From: Nemertoderma westbladi
Taxonomy: Eukaryota; Animalia; Xenacoelomorpha
Assembly: GCA_032718475.1 (NCBI GenBank)
Contig: JAUCBJ010006915.1
Span: forward strand, 62,001-126,000
Direction: 5' to 3'
Length of the DNA: 64,000 nucleotides
Made by a program: the position numbers and the translations under genes. Each line of letters opens with the position of its first letter. Within the stretch, counting starts at the first letter, position 1. Below are positions 13,320 to 27,517 of the stretch, piece after piece. The notes beneath the pieces are model-generated. The model saw nothing but the letters and a program-made list of their open reading frames with translations. It was not told the DNA's origin and made no database searches.

Positions 13320-14367
13320 CTAAATCAATTAAATTAAAATTAATTAAATGTCGCCACTGGTTTGAAATATCAAATTTGTAACGTTTTTGACCACTATTGT
13401 TTGCATGTCCCAAAAAAAACGAAAAAAGTGAGAATAGGAATAATTTGGCATACCAAATGACCAACTTGAAGTTTGAAAACACTTGAAGTTCAAAATAAAA
13501 AACAATATGCCACTCTTCCTAAACATATTAACATTAAAAAAAGGAATACTGTATAAGCCTAAATTAATTTGCCTGTAGTTGAATTTAAAAAATGGTTAAA
13601 TGGTGTTTCCAAATCTGAAAAACGCTATTTAATAAATCTTTTAGTTTTCAAGTTATAACAATTTCCATTTAGGGATTCCTATTGAAATTACTATTACTTT
13701 GTATAATGAAAGGTTGATTATCTACAAATATTTTTTTATAAAATTGTCAACTTCAAAACCCTACTTCTTCTACAATTTTTGAGCAATTAGTCTGAAACTT
13801 TCTGTGGGAGTCTACGTAGCCACCCTACATAAAATTATTAGACAACTTTTCGAAATTATTTGTTAATAAAATTTAATACTATTTATAACAAACCAAAAAA
13901 ATTAACATAAATTTGCAGCGCCACCTAGCGGTGCAGAATTATTTTCACAAAATTTTGCCTGATAGTTATTTTGCCAATCTTCGATCTATCATATATTGTA
14001 GCCTAAACCAAACACTTTTGAAACGTTGAGAGTGATAAATCGAAGAGTTGTCCGAAAATGGTGTCCCCCCCCTTAAAACCTCTGGCTTTCAAATCCTCTG
14101 TGCGCCTTTGGGTTGGGGTGGTACATATTAAGAGTGGGGTTGAAGCGGGGGGGGGGGGGGGTGGGGAACTTTCTTCTCTTCTTTGATTTATTTTTTGTTG
14201 AATAATTGGTTCAATTTCTTAAATACCGATTTTGGGATAGAATTGCTCAATTTTAATCTATATCTGATACCCCTGAGCCTAGTGCTGCACGAAGGCCCCA
14301 CGAACGAGTCTTAACGGAGCAAAGTACACTATGCAAGAATGCACTATGAAAGAGTGAAACTAGGCAA

Positions 14368-15340
14368 TAGAGTGGAAGTATGTTGTGCTGTTTTGGGATA
14401 ACAATTTATTGAAGTATAACAACAAAGGTATTAAGATGGCACTAGTAGCTTGTGGGACCATTTTTGAAAATTGATTTTATTTTTTTTTTTATTTTTTTAT
14501 TTTACTTTTGATTGATTTTTATCAAGGTGGATGTTCTAGAACATTAGTATATTTTTTTTTAATGGTAGTTTTAATATTTCCAAATGTCAGAGAGTATACT
14601 TTCTCTGAATATTCTCTGATTATCGTCTCCCCGATAATAATCGGGCTAATTGACGAGGAGGATTTAGTACTCATCCAAAATGAGTTGCATGGGTGAATGC
14701 AGAAATAATTAGCGCAAATTTTGATACATGTTTGAACGTGTTAAACCAAAGTAGCTACATTTTATGGCAGTTAATGTAAATGTTGGTTTCTTAAAAAAAG
14801 TGAAAGTATTTTGTTCTCATGTAAATTTATCGCATTTAAAAAATAAAAGTGGCGATATACAGTATTTGTATTTAAATTAATTGCCGCGGTCTTCCCTCTA
14901 TAAGAAAAATGTTCATTTGAAAAAATTGATTGCATTTATATTCAACCAGAGGGCCCAACATAGAGTTAGGTAGGGGTCGGCTAGCTAGCTTGTTTTTGGC
15001 CTGTAGTTCTAGAATGCAAATTAGCTATACCGATCACCAACTGTGTTCTGACGTCTAACATGGTCCTTCATCCAAAAATAATATTGTCGTTAATTTACCG
15101 AAGGTATTGCGCTTAACGCCGCCAGAGCCCGTACTAAATAGAGTGGAAGTATGTTGTGCTGTTTTGGGATAACAATTTATTGAAGTATAACAACAAAGGT
15201 ATTAAGATGGCACTAGTAGCTTGTGGGACCATTTTTGAAAATTTATTTTATTATTTTTTTTATTTTTTTATTTTACTTTTGATTGATTTTTATCAAGGTG
15301 GATGTTCTAGAACATTAGTATATATTTTTTTAATGGTAGC
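14368..15340 (+). repeat. ~195-bp direct repeat pair (14368-14567 and 15138-15338), probable DNA-transposon ends rich in TTCTAGAA
   Basis: Both copies start tagagtggaagtatgttgtgctg. Similar gttctagaac motifs recur at 36790-36985, next to the Academ-like remnant. Confidence 0.7.
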
Positions 15341-15802
15341 TAGTGTTTTTTTTTTACTAGCAAGTATTTTTAAAAATAACAAAAATAAAAGTAATATTGT
15401 TTATGAGTATTTTTTTGATATGGGTGAATGTTCTAGAACCTTAGTAAATATTTTTTATGGTAGCTAGTGTTTTTTTAATCGATAGAATTTTTTGAGAATG
15501 TAAACAAATTTAAAAAAATTTGCTATACACTGTAAACTGTTATAATATCATCAATATTTTGGCCATTAATATATTCTGCAAGAGTAAACCTGAAATATCA
15601 ATGTTTTCATATTTTTTACATAATTTCAAAAATATTTGACCAATCAATATTTGGCTAGTACTTTTCTAGCTAGTCAAAAAAATATTGAAAAAAATTCTTA
15701 CATTACTGAGTCATGTGGTAGCTACAGTAGTATTTTTATACAGTACAATAATATTATACTAGCTAGTGTTTTTTTTTATTTGGTTTCTCATAATCTATTC
15801 TA

Positions 15803-17026
15803 AGCAAAGCTATACAATAGAATTCTATTAAATCGCATCAGGGATCCCATTGAGAGACTGCTCCGTGGAAATCAGCATGGGTTCCGTAAAGGTCATGGGA
15901 CCATGGAGCCCATTTTGGCACTTAGAAGGATAATTGAAGAGTTATCAAAAAAGAAAGACAGGCATCTGGCTGTATCTTTGTTGACTTCTTCAAGGCCTTT
16001 GATTCAGTCTCTCGCTCACGTATGTTCAGCATACTTTCATTATATGGGATTCCTGATGAAATTATTGCAGCAATCAGATCAGTATACGATGGTTCGACAA
16101 CATTTGTGTCTACTGTTGACGGTGACACAGAACCATTTGAAGTGTTATGGGGCGTCCTCCAGGGAGACACACTTGCACCATTCTTGTTCATAATTGTTGT
16201 TGACTATGTTCTACGCATGTCCTTAGATCATCATAATGATGATGGGGTGATGATAACTCCATCTACTGGCTCCAGAAGTCGAGGAAATCCTGCCAAGTAC
16301 CTAACTGATCTAGACTTTGTTGATGACTTAGGAGTACTCTCAGAATCACTAGAGGGAGCCCAACGGCTCCTCAGTTCATTAGAACATGCTGCTTCTAGTG
16401 TTGGTCTTTTTATTAACTCCAGAAAGACCAAATTTTTGACAGTTAACTTTGAAAGCCCTCAGCAAGTCTCTGATCGGATGAGCATAAGCTCAAAAGATGG
16501 TATGCTTGAGCATGTGGATGACTTCTGTTACCTGGGATCATGGATCCGGAAGTCAGGTGAGGACATTCGAATACGTAAGGGAAATGCCTGGGCAGCCTTG
16601 AATAGGCTTTCCAGGATTTGGAAGTCACCGAGAATTAATCGGAAACTTAAGGTCGGATTATTTAGAGCAGCAGTAGTTCCAGTACTCCTCTATGGGAGTC
16701 CATGCTGGGCTCTAACTGCTGAATACACCAAATCTCTGGATGGCATATTCACAAGAATGCTACGCCGGGTTCATTGTGTCAAGTACAATGCACACATCTC
16801 CAACCAGACACTATATAACATTGGAGGTGTCCCATTGGTTCCCCCAAGCTTGACACTAGAACAAAATCGCCTCCGCTTTGCAGGGCATTGCTTTCGCCGT
16901 GAGGACCAGCCAGTGCATAATCTTGTACTTTGGCAGCCTCATGGAGTGAATAAGCATGGTGGACAGCCCATGGCTTTCTTGAGACGCATCTTAAAGGACA
17001 CCGGCCTTGAAGATGCGGATGATCTA
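15803..17026 (+). mobile_element. RTE-clade LINE fragment (RT domain), copy 1
   Basis: GVLQGDTLAPFLFIIVVD, DLDFVDD (degenerate FADD) and FCYLGS. Near-identical to 46204-47616 on the - strand. Frameshifted near 15975 and truncated at both ends. Confidence 0.92.
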
Positions 17027-17394
17027 GAAAGCAAGTTGCGAAGAATGGCGATGATAGGAGATGTGCAATTTCGCAAAAGACACTTTTTTAAACGCTTATA
17101 AAAAAAATGTAAAGGCAAAATCGAAAATTCCGGCTTCATGGTAACAATCACGGTGAGTTGAACTAGTTGTGTTTCAAATTTTAAGTAATATGATAAAGAT
17201 CTGTAGAAAAATTTGAGGGGGGGGGGGGTCCGTGTCATCAGAAAATGACATTATATTACGGGTCATGGTGTATATACAGTAGGCTATACAAATGTATAAA
17301 TTAATCAAAAGTTTAATGGTGAATTTACCCATGCTTATAAAGTTGAATATTTATTTCTTTGTATTTCCCTCCAGTTTAAATCTAACATACTTAA

Positions 17395-18948
17395 CCCTAT
17401 TAAACCCGGGGGGGGGGTCAATATGACCCCCCCCCGTGGTTTTTTTATTATAATTCTGAAACATACGCAGTTGGGAATCTGAAATTTTATGACTTTTCCT
17501 AAAAATCTATTGTCTTCATGGTAGTGAAAACCGTTTTCAAAAATATTCGGTACTTTTCGAGTTATAGCACCATTTTTAAACCCTACTTTTGGCACTTTTT
17601 TTGAGACGTTTTTTGAAAATTACATTTCATTAAATATGAATTGTAACATCTCTATTTTTGATTTACACCGGTTTTTTGGTCTTAGAAATTGGATGGAATT
17701 CATATAAATTGATTTAGAAATTTCAAACTTGATTTTTTCGATGGGTGCCAAATTTTAGTGCCAGCACCAAATTTTGAAATAAGTCAATTTTGTAAATTGA
17801 TTGTTTGAAACTTGTTTTTTACGCAATTGGGGTTTTTTGAGGTTCTGGATTCGATGAAATATATACGAGTTGAACCAAGCGTATCAAACTTGTATTTTTC
17901 GGTGCTGTGTGCTAATTTTGGTGCTAGCACGAAATTTTGAAAATCCATTCAATATATAAAATTGCTTGTGACAATTTATTTCTTGCGTTTTAGAGGTTTA
18001 TAGCTGTTCTGAATTCGATGGAAAATATAATTATCGAACTAGACATCTCAAACTTGTATTTTTCGGATGTGGGTGCAAAATGTGGTGCTAGCACCAAATT
18101 TTGAAAACCATCAAATATATCAATTGATTGTGTCACCTTGTTTCTTGCGTTATACGGGTTTGTGATGGTTCTGAATTCAATGGAATCAGTAAAAATTTCA
18201 TAAGAGTTCTCAAACTTGTATTTTTCGCCTGTGGGTGAAAATTGTTGTGCCAGCACCAAATTTTGGAAAATATGCAAATTGATAATTAGATAGTATCACC
18301 TTGTTTCTTGCGTTATACGGGTTTATGAGGGTCCTGAATCCGATAGAATCAATAAAAACAGCACTGGACATCGCAAACTTGTACTTTTTGGTGATGGGTA
18401 CGAAATTTGGTGCTAGCACCAAAATTTGCTAAATTACGCCGAAAAATACAAGTAGCAATGATCTGGCATATTAGAAATGTATTGCATTAGAATCAGCGCC
18501 CTCGAAAACCTGAAAATGTGAATTTATAGCATCGTATAAGTGAATTAAAAATTTTGTGTTCTAACTGAAAAGTGCAGGTTACTTGTTTTTTTCATTTTTT
18601 TCCTACGCAGAGAGGACTAAACAGCCATTTATAGTAATCATATCATTTTTAAATATTTTCCAATGTATTTTGCACCCCAAAAAACCTGTATTGAAAAATA
18701 ATTAGCCGAAAATGTAACTTTCAAATTTTGTGAAAATTGTGCACTACTTGTAATTTTGGTGCTGCAATATAACCACCCCAGTACATTTTTTCGAAAATTT
18801 TTTTTTCGGTCGGATCCAGACAAGTGATACCTACGTACAAACAAAAAATCAGACGTTTTCGTAAATATTTGTAGATTTTAGAGGGGGGGGGTCAATATGA
18901 CCCCCTCCCGGTATTTGTACAACATTTTATAGCCCGGTACTAATAGGG
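17395..18948. mobile_element. Non-autonomous piggyBac-like element
   Basis: TTAA on both sides (17391-94, 18949-52), CCCTATTA...TAATAGGG termini and a subterminal GGGGTCAATATGACCCC palindrome at both ends. Internal ~170-180-bp tandem units at about 17700-18430. Related fragments at ~43100-43395 and ~55895-55950. Confidence 0.88.
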
Positions 18949-19329
18949 TTAAGGCCGGTGGTTCCGCTGTTAGAGGTAGGATATGCAACTGAAGACACCA
19001 TGTTCAATATAATTGGCCAAGATGGGAGATTAAGTTTCAAGGGGCAAGTGGATAAACTGTTTAGCACTACTGATGAGGCCTTATAGCCTGAAACCCCCGG
19101 TGACGTGCCTCCTCATTTTCTCAATTTCTGAACAAAATCATATAATATTTCGTTGCTTTCGTTTCAAGGATTGCAATTATATATAACAATGATTTCGTTG
19201 AAAAAAGTTGTTGAGGTATGAGTTCAAAGAATGAAAGAATTATCATCAGCTAAGGGCCATTTATTATTTATTCTATTTAATAATTATTATAGTAATTACA
19301 AATCGTTCTGGAACATTTTGTTTATGAAT

Positions 19330-19710
19330 TGTTGCCCCATAGAGATTTCTGTAGCTGCCCCATATTGTACTGTAATATACTGTATTTACATACTTACTGT
19401 ACCTGGACAAAGCTCACCCAATAAGCGAGGTTTGTACTGGCAAAGTACTTTCACTTTAGATGTCAGCTACAATACTGCTGTACTTTAGTCAGCATATCAC
19501 ACTCAGTCTGTCTTCAGTCTGGACTCGATACTGTTTGTCTGCCTGAACCAAGGCCATCTAAACAACAGGCCATCACAAGGACCTAGCCTTCAAAATTATT
19601 GTACGCTGACTGTGCTGATTATGTTACCTAAACTGTACCTAACAGCCTAAGCTCAGAAGCTATTATACTGTTGCAGTATTGGGGTTTGGAATAATCCATT
19701 TGTTTTAACA
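19330..19710 (-). repeat. 3' LTR of the Copia element
   Basis: TGTT...AACA termini. On the - strand it is preceded by the purine tract aaataaggggattcaa, downstream of the RNase H remnant. Confidence 0.65.
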
Positions 19711-20522
19711 TTGAATCCCCTTATTTATTCTAAAATCATCCGAAATATCCGCTCCATTACTGTCTGAAACGCTTCCGACAGTCCGATGTATCTGGACCCG
19801 AGCAGCCGAGTTGCATCAAGATGTGAATAACGGAGGAATAATACTACCGAATTGCTTGCTTGTCAGTACGATTCTATTTACTACAGTAAGACTACACTGG
19901 GAATACGGCGGTTGGTCGGATCGTAATGCGGGCCACTGCCAAGTTCCTCATGCCTCACTCACTCACATGCGAAATGAAATAAAAAAACCAAATTAAAATT
20001 AAATAAATTCCGAATTAAATTCCGATATCAAACTCCTGAGATAGACAACCTCGTCAACAGCATCGACCATAGATATAGCCTCAGCAGCCTCGTCAACAGC
20101 ATCGACCATAGATATAGCCTCAGCAGCAAGAGCACTTCTAGTGATGCGTTTTAGTCTATACGATTTCCACCCAATAACAGCTCTACCCCAGATTAGAATA
20201 TATCCACCCCAAGATGGATTTCCAAAGGATGCATCAACATACACTGTTATACAATCGGACATATCTCTTAAGAATGGAAGTATAAATGGTTGAGATTTCA
20301 CTGTGCGAATCAATTTGTTAAGTTTGTTTAAATCAGAGACCGTAGCTGAACTAGTACATGTTGCCAATCGACTCAAAGAAAGAATGATATGTCTGGGCGA
20401 CTTGTTGTGCAAAGCCACATAAGTATACCAACTGCCATCCTTGCAGTTTCTGACTCAAAACCAATTCGAACTGTGTCACTAACATTCAGACACTCTAGTT
20501 GATCCACATATTTCTCCTGTGA
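19711..20522 (-). pseudogene. Copia pol 3' part (RT end and RNase H)
   Basis: SQEKYVDQL, LMWLCTTSRPDISF, YVDASF and IGWKSYRLKRITRSALAAEA. Contains a 39-bp tandem duplication (AEAISMVDAVDE twice). Confidence 0.88.
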
Positions 20523-20876
20523 TGTGAGCGGATTCAATTCCGCCTCACCAACCCCCATAAAGTTGGGAAGGGCGCCTTTATGCAATATTGGGGAGTACGA
20601 GGTTGATTGCCAATCAACCTCGTATCACCCCCAATAAACGGGGACGACAAACCCCAGAGGGCCTCACACAATGGGGGTCAGAGGTTAAGCCTCCGGGGAG
20701 AAGGAAAGTAACAGCAGCGGGGGGGGGGGGGAAACACCCCCGCAGAGCTGAAGGCGAGAAGTAGGTTGTCGGCCAATGGGGGGACAGCAGGGCATCAGCT
20801 GAGTAACACGGCCAAAGGTAGTGTAGTATATTACCGGTCGGTGTTATATCGTTCAGTAGTTTAGTCAGTCACTCAG
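20523..20876 (+). repeat. 5' LTR of the nested BEL element (3' half deleted)
   Basis: Near-identical to 27518-27871; the match stops after cagtcactcag. Confidence 0.92.
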
Positions 20877-22439
20877 ACGACAAGAGACGGTCCGGCGGCC
20901 CAGGCGGAGGGCGGCCGTCTACCACAGGGAGGGACGAGCGAGTTGAGAGAAGGGAGAGACGAGTCGACACACGACGGCGGTCGACGTACCGATGTCGGAC
21001 GGCCCACCGGAACGGCGACGGAGGGGCCGCCGGTACGACGCCGGACACGGAGAGAAAGAGGGGATGTCGGCGACAAGGACGTCGGAGTTAGCGACCGGCT
21101 CCGACGGGCCTACAACGCGACGAGGAGGCAGATAAAGGAAGCTAAGGAGGGAGAAAAGTTGGACCAGGTGAAGCTAGAGAAGTGGCTAGGTGAGTTGAAT
21201 AAATATTTTAACTATCTAGTTCGCTTTGGGCAAGGAGAGTTGGCGGGTGAAAGAGCGAGAGAGACCGCCACCGAACTGTTTGAACTGTGGTAATGTAGGG
21301 GTATGGAGCCTGGTGTAGTGTACATAGGGCCATATTTAGTTGATGCCAGGGGAGTTAAGGTAGTGGGTTGGGCGGGACCGCACGAGGGCGAATCCGAGGT
21401 TAACTCCGAGGATTCGGTCTCGTCGGTCAGCGAGAACCCCGGAAAGCGGGGGAAAGTTAGTAGGACGGAGGGGCGACGGGAGTCCGTCGCAACCGATAAG
21501 TCTGCTACATCCTCTGTAAAAGCAAGACGGGTGCGGGAGATAAATCTGGCGTGTCAATTGAAAATTGCGGCGCTAGACCAGAAAGAGTTAGAGAGGTAAC
21601 TGAGTGAGGGAACCGCATTGTTGGAGAGAGAAAGAGAGTTGGCAAGGGAGTATAGAGAGAGAGCCGAGGAGCGTAGAGAGCGGGAGATGAGAGAAGAGAA
21701 CGAGACGGCGAGGCGGCTTGAGAGGGTTGCGAGAGAGGCAGAGTTGGCCGAGCAAAGATTACGAGAGGACAGAGAGAGAGAGATAGAGGCAAAGCGTGTG
21801 CGGGATGATTTGCATACCCGCCTAAGGGGGTTTATGCAATATCAAGCCAAACAGAAATGCCGACTAAAACTGGCGCAGTTGGGACTATCAGAGAGTGAGG
21901 CTGTCTCGGGTAGTGTTTACGAGGAGCCAGAAGTAGTGAAAACTTTTGTTAATACCCCACTTACAAGCACCGGGCGACAGAACCAGAACTGGTGTAGCCA
22001 TACGGGCGGGGGGGGGGGGGTAATAATAATACGTTAGAAGTAATTAATATTAATAGTACCGTAGTGGATAACCCTAATCAAACCTTTATTGCAGAAAATA
22101 TTTTACCCGGTAATTGAAATTCAAATATTCCAAATAATTCGAATAATAATTTAAATTTAGAAAATGATAATAATTCTAATTTAAATAATAATATTGATAA
22201 CAGGGCTATTAATACTAATTTAGGAGACACAGATGGTCCGGCCAACGGTGGCCTGCAAGGCAACGCAATTAGTGCGCAGAGAGTAGCGGGGGCGGGAGAC
22301 CCCAACGGGGGCCTGGTAGGCCACGTAGTTAGTAGGCAGGGAGCGTCGGGGGTGAGTCAACCCGACGGGGGCCTACCAGGCAACGTAGTAGTAGAGAGAG
22401 AGGCGGGAGTGAATAGACCCAGCCGTAGTAGAGACAGTG

Positions 22440-22830
22440 CGTCGACTAGAGAGGGGTGTAGAAGCGAAGTAAGAGGTAGTGAAGTTAGAAGTGGCAAGTG
22501 GGGGGGGGGGGGGGGCTACGGGCGCCCCACCATGAAAGATCAGTGGCGAGAGAGGGGGGGGGGGCAGAGAACGCCCCACAAGAGGGACGTAGAAGTGAAG
22601 TAAGAGATAGTGAAGTTAGAAGTAGCGGGTGGGGGGGGGGGGGGGGGCTACGGGCACCCCACCACGGAAGATTAGTGGCGAGAGAGGGGGGGTAGAAAAT
22701 GTCCGACAAGAGGGACGCAGAAGTGTAGTAAGAGATAGTGAAGTTAGAAGTGGCGGGTGGGGGGGGGGCTACGGGCACCCCACCACGAGAGATTAGTAGT
22801 GAGAGGGGAGGGGGCAGAGAATGTCCCACA
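22440..22830 (+). repeat. ~125-bp G-run-rich tandem repeat (about 3 copies) inside gag
   Basis: Recurrent gtaagagatagtgaagttagaagt-G-run-ctacgggcaccccaccac units. Confidence 0.8.
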
Positions 22831-23800
22831 GGCATCGGCAGATAATGCGCGGGGCAAGTTAGGTGAACCGCGGCACCCGACGACGGAGAATAGTAGGGGG
22901 ATGATGAGTATCCCCAGGAGGGTCCAACCGGACAGAGTAGAGTCAGATGTTAGCGCCAAGAGTGGGCGAGCGACGAGACGTCGAGCCCAGTCAGAAGAGA
23001 GAAGAAGATTAGTAGAGTTTAACCGAGAGGTCGAAGAGAGAAGAAGATTAGTAGAGTTTACTGAGAGGTCGAAGAAAGAAGAAGATTAGTAGAGTTTAAC
23101 CGAGAGGTCGAAGAGAGAAGAAGTAAAGATAATAGAAGAGTCGTTGCTAGGAGCAACTGGAGAGCAGGGATGGATAGCGAGCCGTCGATAGTAGAGATGG
23201 AGTTAGGGAGTCAGTGGGGTCGAACTCTGGGAGATTGCCGTCGCCCCGGAGAAACGTACCGCACGCCAGGAGAGGGGTACAGGACGTACCGATACGAAGA
23301 CGATAATATAAGAGGAGATCGAAGAGAAACTTCCCGACGGGATATAGCTGCCGATCGAGAGTACAGTAGTCGAGGGGAGACTCGAGATTCGAGAGAATTA
23401 AACTTCGGTTCGGAAGGGCACATGCAGACTGCAGGACATACTGTAGGCCTTACTGCACATACTATTATAGGCCATGCTGGGAGAGATAGAGTAGGCGATA
23501 GGGTAGCGCGGATGACGGGATTAAACCCGGAAGTCGCGGAGTACATACCGGTAGGTAGGCAAGAAGTGGATAGGCCTATATCGGTACCGGCACAGCAGCA
23601 TGACTATAATATCCAGGGACATAACAAATATCCAGGGGAGAGGAGAGTTATTGCAGATAGATGTATGGGCCCCAATATATTAACATCAACCCCAGTACCA
23701 AATATAATACCGGTGGGGGGGGGGGGGGGGGGGACAGGGTGACATTCCCCCATTACAATATCAACAATACACTCAAACAGCAATAGAACATCGAACCCCC

Positions 23801-25660
23801 GTGGACGAGAACAGGTTGTGCGACACAGAAATATGGAGGGGGCCGTTACCCCCCATGATATATCCGACGCAACAGAACAGAACAACAGATAGGACGAACG
23901 GACCACACCCAACAGGAGAGTCTGTACAGCATCCATCGAACCCATTGGAAGCACAGGCGATGGGAATGGCTACATTAATCGATGCATTAAAGACCAGGAT
24001 CGAGTTACCACCAGTCGAGCCATTTAAATTCGACAGGAGTAGGCCGGAAGAATACCTGCAATTTCGGCGCATGTACAGCAACGAGATATTAAGTAAGAAC
24101 TTGATGCAGGCGGAGTGCCTAAAATATCTACAAGTGTATACAGGAGGCCCAGCATACGACATTGTGAGGCAGTACCAGGGCATCGAGGGCGGCTTCACGA
24201 CTGCATGGCGGGCACTAGACAGGGAATACGGACACCCAGCCAAGATCATCTGGCAAACCCTGAGAGGTATAACATCGGGTGGCCTACAGGACAACCCCGT
24301 TAGCATAAAGACCTTTGCGAACAAGGTCGAGAAGGCGTTAATCGTGTTGAAGACGCTAGCCACGCCATACGAACTCAACGCATCCAATAACATCACCACG
24401 ATAGCGCAGGCACTGCCGATCTGGCTGCGGAGCAAGTGGAGGAAGATCGCCTTCTCCACCCGGGAGAAGAAAGGTGCGGAGCCAGGGCTGGAGGAAATGT
24501 CAAACTTCCTCAACTATGAAGCCTAGTTGATTACAGACCCAGTCTATAGTGAGGATAGTTTGGGGAAGGCGCCAAAGATCGAATACAACAGGCCTAAACC
24601 CAAACACAATCCTGCAGATCCATTCCCGAGAGTGAGACAGTCGCTACCACACGCGGCCACACAGGGGGCTACAAGCCCACAGTTAGCTGGGAGTAGGGCC
24701 ACACCGTGGCAGGGACAGAAAGAAAATAACACTACAAATAAACCCAATCCCAACGTACCCAGTAGGTCGAATCTAGATAACCAAAACACTAAATCGGTAG
24801 ATATAAATCTACGCGCGATACGTGAAGGACTATACAGGAAACGCTATAATCCAGGATTCGAATGTCAATTACATCGGGACGGAACCCATAAGACCATGAG
24901 TTGTAAGCACTGGTAAGCATTGCCCAAAGAAGATCGTATAGCCTACACAGATGCAAATGGACTATGTCATCGATGTGTGGTAGAAGGACACAGATCCGGA
25001 GAGTGGAGAGAAACAGCAGTTAGAGAGTCCGAGACTGGAGGCCAAACAATGGCTACAAGCACGACATTGGCAAGAAAGAAGAGAAAAGTACTACTCAGGG
25101 TAGTACCAGTGAAGATATCAGGAGAGGGCGGTCAATCAGTAACGACATTAATGCTGGTCGACAGCGGAGCAGCCTTCACGCTGGTGGAGAACTGGGTGGC
25201 CGAAGAGATAGGGCTAAAGACGAGGCCGAATAGAATGGCGGTAACTACTGTCTCAAGTAAGAATGAGGTCCTGGAGATGAGGACGGGGTGGTGCAGGATA
25301 TCAGCGATTGAACCGGGATGCGACTATGGGGCGACCATCGACCCCATCCAGGTGATAGAATCGATAAATATCGACGCCAGGCGACCAACCAACATTGAGG
25401 TCGAACAATATAGATTCCTGGACGGTATCGATTTCTCAATACCAAAGGTGGACGTTAGGAAGGTGTCCATCATAGTAGGAATGGACTGCCCGACGGCCCA
25501 CGAGAGAATTAAGACGGTCTTCGGCGAAGACAGACAGCGGGATCCGAAGGCGAGACTCACGCCATTCGGATGGACACTTAGCGGTCCAGTTAAAACCAAG
25601 ATTCCATCCAGGGTGACGGAGACATCAGGGTGCATGTTACCAGGCACCGTAGACGTTTAG
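23801..25660 (+). pseudogene. BEL gag core and aspartic protease with in-frame stops
   Basis: ORFs 23801-24526, 24527-24916 and 24920-25660 share one frame. They contain remnant knuckles (CQLH..H..C, CHRCVVEGH), a DSG protease motif and TPFGWTLSGP. Confidence 0.85.
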
Positions 25661-26659
25661 GACGAAGAGGAGAAACAGGAGACAGCAGATAAACCAGACG
25701 GGGAAGTATCAGTAAGAGAGTGGGCGGAGGAGAATGGATTTGATGCGGAAAACTTAGAGGCAATGGGATGGAACAAGGGTCCCAGCAAGTATCGGTATGG
25801 GGATGGAGAGGAGCGGACGGCGAGATGTCCGGAGGACAACCCGGAGGAGTGTCCGGTGGAGTGTCAGGAGGACAATAGTCCGGAGGAGTGTCCGGAGGAG
25901 TATCCGGAGGAGTGTCCGGAAGAGACGCCGGTCCGGTTGAGAGGCATACCGACAAGGGGGAGGTCGAGAAGGAAGACAGGATGGAAAGGGATAGGACTTA
26001 CTATTGTACGTTCTGTTTTGTCTGTTCTTTCACTTTCTTTTCATTCTGCCGCCGGGAGTCAACAAGGTGGGAGGTGGCATTTTGATGCCAAGAGACGAGG
26101 AAGTTAAGAAGGCGGCGGAGAGACCCGATTTTGGGGTGGCAGAAGAGGGAGAACCAATTCCTGGTGAGTTGGAATTGGCGAGAGAGAGTGTGGCGAAGAA
26201 TAAGAGGACGTATAGGGGGGCAGTGGGAGAATGCCTCCTGGAAAGAATCGATGGAAGATCAAGGGGGACATTAGAGTTTAGTCGTCCAATATTTTGGACT
26301 GAGGGGGGTGGGAATGAGGGCGAGACGCCCTTCCCACACAAATAATTATTTAATTAAAATAAATAATAAATAATTAAATAATAAATAAGTAGAAGTTAGA
26401 TAGTAAGTAGAAATATTTAGAAGTATGAAAGTTAGTAGATAGTTAGATAGTAGAAGATAGTAAGTAGTAGTCAGAAGATAATAGAAAGTTAGTAAGTAGT
26501 TAGAAGATTAGTTAACGTTAGAAGTCGGCGGGCATAGGGAGTGTGGTATATAGACATACCACGGGAGTAAGAGGGTACGTAGTACCAAGTTAGGTTAGAA
26601 GTCGGCGGGTATAGGGAGTGTGGCATATAGATAAGGGAGTGTGATATATTAACATGCCA

Positions 26660-26850
26660 CGAGTAGCAGAAGGGTTGTGGGCACCGGAAGCGCCACGTAG
26701 AAAGTAGTAGTAGAGAGGTTGTGGGCACCGGAAGCGCCACGTAGATGGAGGTAGTAGCAGAGAGTGGTTGTGGGCACCACAAGCGCCACGTAGATGGAGG
26801 TAGTAGCAGAGGGTGGTTGTGGACACCAAAAGCGCCACGTAGAAAGTAGT
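26660..26850 (+). repeat. ~43-47-bp tandem repeat (ggttgtgggcaccggaagcgccacgtaga...)
   Basis: About four copies in the purine-rich 3' region of the nested element. Confidence 0.8.
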
Positions 26851-27517
26851 AAGTGGAGTAGACTTAGCAGAGAGTTAGAGAGTTTTAGTTAGAGAACTAG
26901 TTAGAGCTAGTAGGGTTCGAGTTAGTAGAGAGTTGGAGAGTTCTAGTAGAGTTAGGAGTTAGTTAGAGTTAGAGAAGCTAAAAACTAATAAGTAGTAAGA
27001 GAGTTAGATAGTAGGTAGTTAGTAAGCTAGAAAGTTAGAAGATAGTAAGTAGTTAGATTTAGATAAGGTAGATAGTATGATAGCACAGTGGTAACACAAG
27101 AGGTTTAGCGCCTTTGAGGGCAGTATGAGAGGAGTAAAGAGATAGCGAGAGAAGCTGTCGATGAGAGAGAGTGCAGGCGAGTGCGATTCAGGTGTGGGGA
27201 GAGAGTAAGAGCGGAGTTAGAGTGGAGTTAGAGGAGAGTTAGAGTGGGAGATTAGAGTTAGAGTGAGAGAGTTTAAAAATTGTGTGAGAGTCAACAATTG
27301 GCTCGACACGAGACGTCAGATGTCTTGGTGCAAGATAGATGAAGTTGCACCAAGACAGGGTAGCGATATCATACCCAGCGGGAGCGGCCTGGAAAGCCGA
27401 CTCCGAGTAAAAGATAACTCCACCCCACACCCGATAGTAGATCGAGTTCCAGCGGAATTGAAGCGCTTTTTGTGGTTGATGCTATCTTCTCACCGGGAAG
27501 ATAGCATGGGGGGGGAG

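Noticed and set aside
20523-20540. LTR start TGTGAGCGGATTCAATT resembling the lac operator
   Set aside because: The match is imperfect, occurs at both LTRs with a proper TSD and has no vector sequence nearby; coincidence.
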